Positions 60,795 to 64,000 of a stretch of 64,000 nucleotides of DNA are shown here, piece after piece. The stretch covers positions 2,848,001-2,912,000 of the forward strand of contig OZ244653.1 of NCBI GenBank assembly GCA_965218795.1. The letters are read 5' to 3'. The notes beneath the pieces are model-generated. The model was not told the DNA's origin, did not search any database, and saw only the letters and a list, made by a program, of their open reading frames with translations. Source of the DNA: a bacterium (GTDB lineage Bacteria; UBA8248; JACPRG01; G963555815). Within the stretch, counting starts at the first letter, position 1. Each line of letters opens with the position of its first letter. Both the position numbers and the translations under genes were made by a program.

Positions 60795-63167
60795 TTGTTC
60801 AAGATTTGCGCTCGGACGGTACTGGAACTTGGAGCTGAGCTTATCAGCTCCGATGTCATTGCGTTTTATGAGTTGATCAAAAACACGTTTGACGCAGGAT
60901 CGCCTAAAGGTGCGGAAATCTATTTCGAAGTCGTTCTAAGACGAAACGACTACCTGAAATTCCGCCAGAGGGCGATTGACAGGTCGGCGGAAATTGACCG
61001 GCTGAAGGCGGATGTCGAGAATGCGCTCGACGCGTCTGCACCGGAAGACTCCCTGGATTTCTTCCGGGCGGCGGTAGATGAGGCCGAAGACATAGAAGCG
61101 TTTGTCGAGGCTCTTGATGCGGCATACGCCGCCAAGAACCGGATCGTCGTGTCCGACGAGGGAACGGGGATGTCGAAACAGGATTTGATCGACAACTACC
61201 TCGTAATCGGTACTGCGTCGCGAAGGCGCGCGATAGATGCTGCGCTTGCAGAACATGCCGCTGGAAAACATCGCGCGCCCTATCTCGGCGAAAAGGGGAT
61301 CGGACGGCTTTCGGCCATGCGGCTGGGCGACATGCTGACGGTCGAAACGGCTGAAAAGAAGGACAAGCTCCTAAACCTGCTCAAAATTGACTGGTCGGCA
61401 TTTAGCGACCTCGATGTAATGCTTGATGAGATTGATGTCGTACCCGAGCGTGGCGGGACGAAGCCGGAGCCGGACTGGAGTGGCACACGTCTTATCATCG
61501 GCGCTCTCGGGGCCGACTGGACCTATGACCGCGTTAAATACCTTGGCGAGCATGACTTTGTGCGGTTGACCGATCCGTTCGCCGACGCCAAGCGGAGACC
61601 CCGTATCGCGGTATTCTGGAACGGTACGCGCGTTCCCGTAGCCCATATGGATCACCACCTCTTGGCGCATGCACACGCATCGGTGAAAGGACGTTTTGTT
61701 TACGGTGACTCCGGTCCGGCCCTTGAATGCAGCCTCAGAGCTTTCGACCTCGGTTTCGAGCACCCGCATGAAGTTGAGAAACGGGTGTTTGCTCTGCCCG
61801 ATCTCGAAGGGTCGATCACCGGAACATCAGGCGAAGTTCCGCTTTCAGCACTCGACGATTTGGGCGAGTTCGAATTCGAGGCGTATTGGTTTAACCGGCA
61901 ACGCCTGGGTGCCATTGACAGCATTGGAAACCGAAACCAGGTGCGGGAACTGCAACGGCGCTGGTCCGGAATCCTTCTATTCCGAGATGGATTCCGGGTG
62001 TTGCCGTACGGAGAGGACGACGACGACTGGCTGGCTCTGGACCGGCGCGCACTGGGAAGCACGGGATATCTTCTCAACAAGGCGCAATTCGTAGGTCGCG
62101 TGACGATATCGCGGCTCGGCAATCCGTTACTCATTGACCAGACAAACCGTGAAGGCTTGCATGTTTGCCCCGAACAGCAGGCATTCATTGGTTTACTTCA
62201 GCTTGCAATTCAGTATCACCTTCGGGACTTCCTAAAGGATGTCCAGCGGCGTCACAAAGACCAGCCTCTTGACATGACAGAGGCCAAGACGGACGTGTCT
62301 AACCTCGAAAAAAGGGCGAACACCGCGCTCCGGAAGATAAAACGCATTGCTCCGGAGTCGGCGGATACCGTCGAGGAATTGCAGCACACCTTCTTTGAGA
62401 TTAAGGAATTCTTTGACCGTGCACAGAACCGGATCGCCGAAGTCGAAAGCGAGAATCGCCAGATGATGCAGATGGCGGGCGTCGGGCTGCTTGTCGAGGT
62501 CGTGGCACATGAGCTGGCGCGATCGACAGAGAACGCGCTCGCGGCTCTTGAGGCCCTACGCGGCAGGGACGTCCCGGACCAGATAGGCGGGCTGCTGAAC
62601 TCACTTCGGTCCGAGATGACATCAGTAAGCAAGCGTCTTCGCGTTCTTGATCCGCTTAGCGTGTCGGGTCGTCAACGTAAGGGAACCTTCAATCTGGGCA
62701 CCCTGATCGATGACATCCTGAGCGGGCACGAGCTACAATTTGACCGTCACAATGTGAAGCTGAAGGTCACGATGCCTGAGCACGCTGTTCGTATACGTGC
62801 CGTCAAAGGCATGATTGTGCAGATAATCGAGAACCTGGTATCGAACTCCCTTTACTGGCTCGATCTCCGCAGGCAGCACGAACCCGGCTTCCAGCCGCGC
62901 ATCACGATTGCGATGGAAGACGATCCCCTGACGATTACCTACAAAGATAACGGCCGGGGAATCGCGAAGGAAAACCGCGAGAACGTCTTCCGTGCATTCT
63001 TTTCCCTGAAGGAGAAATCCAAGCGCCGGGGGCTCGGCCTATACATCGCCCGCGAGTGCGCCGAATACCACGGCGGAAGCCTAACGCTGGATGAGCATGT
63101 CAACCGCGCGACGGGACGTCTCCATCGTTTCATTCTGCAATTGCCCGATGAGGTCGTTGTCTCATGA
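60795..63167 (+). CDS. Soluble histidine kinase with N-terminal MORC/MutL-like GHKL ATPase and C-terminal HisKA-HATPase
   Basis: YELIKN.FDAG, DEGTGMS, GEKGIGRLS; H-box VAHELAR; ENLVSN, DNGRGI, GLGL. Confidence 0.88.
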   Translation: MFKICARTVLELGAELISSDVIAFYELIKNTFDAGSPKGAEIYFEVVLRRNDYLKFRQRAIDRSAEIDRLKADVENALDASAPEDSLDFFRAAVDEAEDIEAFVEALDAAYAAKNRIVVSDEGTGMSKQDLIDNYLVIGTASRRRAIDAALAEHAAGKHRAPYLGEKGIGRLSAMRLGDMLTVETAEKKDKLLNLLKIDWSAFSDLDVMLDEIDVVPERGGTKPEPDWSGTRLIIGALGADWTYDRVKYLGEHDFVRLTDPFADAKRRPRIAVFWNGTRVPVAHMDHHLLAHAHASVKGRFVYGDSGPALECSLRAFDLGFEHPHEVEKRVFALPDLEGSITGTSGEVPLSALDDLGEFEFEAYWFNRQRLGAIDSIGNRNQVRELQRRWSGILLFRDGFRVLPYGEDDDDWLALDRRALGSTGYLLNKAQFVGRVTISRLGNPLLIDQTNREGLHVCPEQQAFIGLLQLAIQYHLRDFLKDVQRRHKDQPLDMTEAKTDVSNLEKRANTALRKIKRIAPESADTVEELQHTFFEIKEFFDRAQNRIAEVESENRQMMQMAGVGLLVEVVAHELARSTENALAALEALRGRDVPDQIGGLLNSLRSEMTSVSKRLRVLDPLSVSGRQRKGTFNLGTLIDDILSGHELQFDRHNVKLKVTMPEHAVRIRAVKGMIVQIIENLVSNSLYWLDLRRQHEPGFQPRITIAMEDDPLTITYKDNGRGIAKENRENVFRAFFSLKEKSKRRGLGLYIARECAEYHGGSLTLDEHVNRATGRLHRFILQLPDEVVVS

Positions 63168-64000
63168 CGGAATTGCGGCAGCTTCTTGAAGAAAGCGGAA
63201 TCGGAAAGGCTGTCGTCATCGACGACGTGTTCGACAATGCACCGCGTCCTGACGAACTGAACGAAGGCGATTGGTCGAATTTCTTTGATGACCTTGGCGA
63301 GGCCGGAAACACGCTTCTGTCGGAACTGCACGCGGGATACGAAGACGCTTCAACGGATGACCTGAAAGCCTCACGGGAATTTGTCGAGGTTGTGTGGGAG
63401 AACCGCCACAAACTGCCCCCCGCTACAAGCGATCACCTGTTCAGCGACTACGAACACACGCAGGCCACCGAACTGAAGAGACTCGCCGCGCTCGTCGAGG
63501 CATTGGAGACGCTAGGGCTGATCTGCACGACAATGGGGCGCGACTTCGATGAAGATGCCAAAGAGGCGGATCTGATCTTTGTCGATCTGTTCCTCGGCTT
63601 TCATCAGTCTGAAAGCGACATGGAACGTGCAATCCGCCGTGTCTCGAAACTCATAGCCGACCGCACACAAAGCCCCCCGCTGGTAGTCTTGATGTCTCGG
63701 AGCACCCAGCTCTGGGAAAAGCGTAATGAATTTCGTGATGAAGCGGGTCTTCTCGGCGCGACCTTCCGGGTTGTCAGCAAGGCCGACCTTGCCAAAGACG
63801 GTAAGCTGGAGACCATGTTGACGAGGCTGGCCAAGCACTACGAGGACGCCAGGCGGGTGGCCGCGTTCGTCCACGCGTGGGACGCTGGTCTGGACCAGGC
63901 ACGAAAGGACTTCGTTCAGATTCTTCGTCGTCTTGATTTATCCGACTTAGCGCAGATACGAGCGCTGTTGCTGGATTTCGAAGGGCAAATGCTGGGCGAA
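63164..64000 (+). CDS. Receiver-domain protein with large insertion; runs off the window (absent from the ORF track)
   Basis: ATGA overlap; AVVIDD...DLIFVDLFL...LVVLMS...VVSK; open for 279 codons. Confidence 0.8.
   Translation, partial: MTELRQLLEESGIGKAVVIDDVFDNAPRPDELNEGDWSNFFDDLGEAGNTLLSELHAGYEDASTDDLKASREFVEVVWENRHKLPPATSDHLFSDYEHTQATELKRLAALVEALETLGLICTTMGRDFDEDAKEADLIFVDLFLGFHQSESDMERAIRRVSKLIADRTQSPPLVVLMSRSTQLWEKRNEFRDEAGLLGATFRVVSKADLAKDGKLETMLTRLAKHYEDARRVAAFVHAWDAGLDQARKDFVQILRRLDLSDLAQIRALLLDFEGQMLGE

Noticed and set aside
1-64000. tRNA, rRNA, reverse transcriptase/DGR or T4SS mating-pore genes
   Set aside because: No diagnostic motifs recognised by eye; a covariance-model scan was not possible

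Overview
GC-rich proteobacterial accessory DNA that reads as two nested, related mobile elements plus a probable defence operon. The outer element backbone comprises a strawberry-notch helicase, an HNH-excalibur nuclease, ssb, a toprim primase, DUF4326, DUF2493, a MOBF-type oriT, an RHH gene and recD2. Its ssb gene is split by a ~39.3-kb inserted element (5382-44674), bounded by the direct repeat ACATGTTCGAGAA and starting with a tyrosine integrase. The inner element carries a TraD coupling protein, a MOBF relaxase, its own oriT and an inverted sibling copy of the leading region, including an intact ssb whose att core carries a synonymous change. It also carries a 4488-aa repeat-rich autotransporter adhesin and several nuclease/HEPN-like genes, but no recognisable mating-pore genes. 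The right end holds an IS630-split recD2, an IS3-split HEPN gene and a PLD-helicase / CxC-SMC ATPase / dual-GHKL histidine kinase / receiver operon that runs off the window. All family calls come from reading motifs by eye; no database searches were run.
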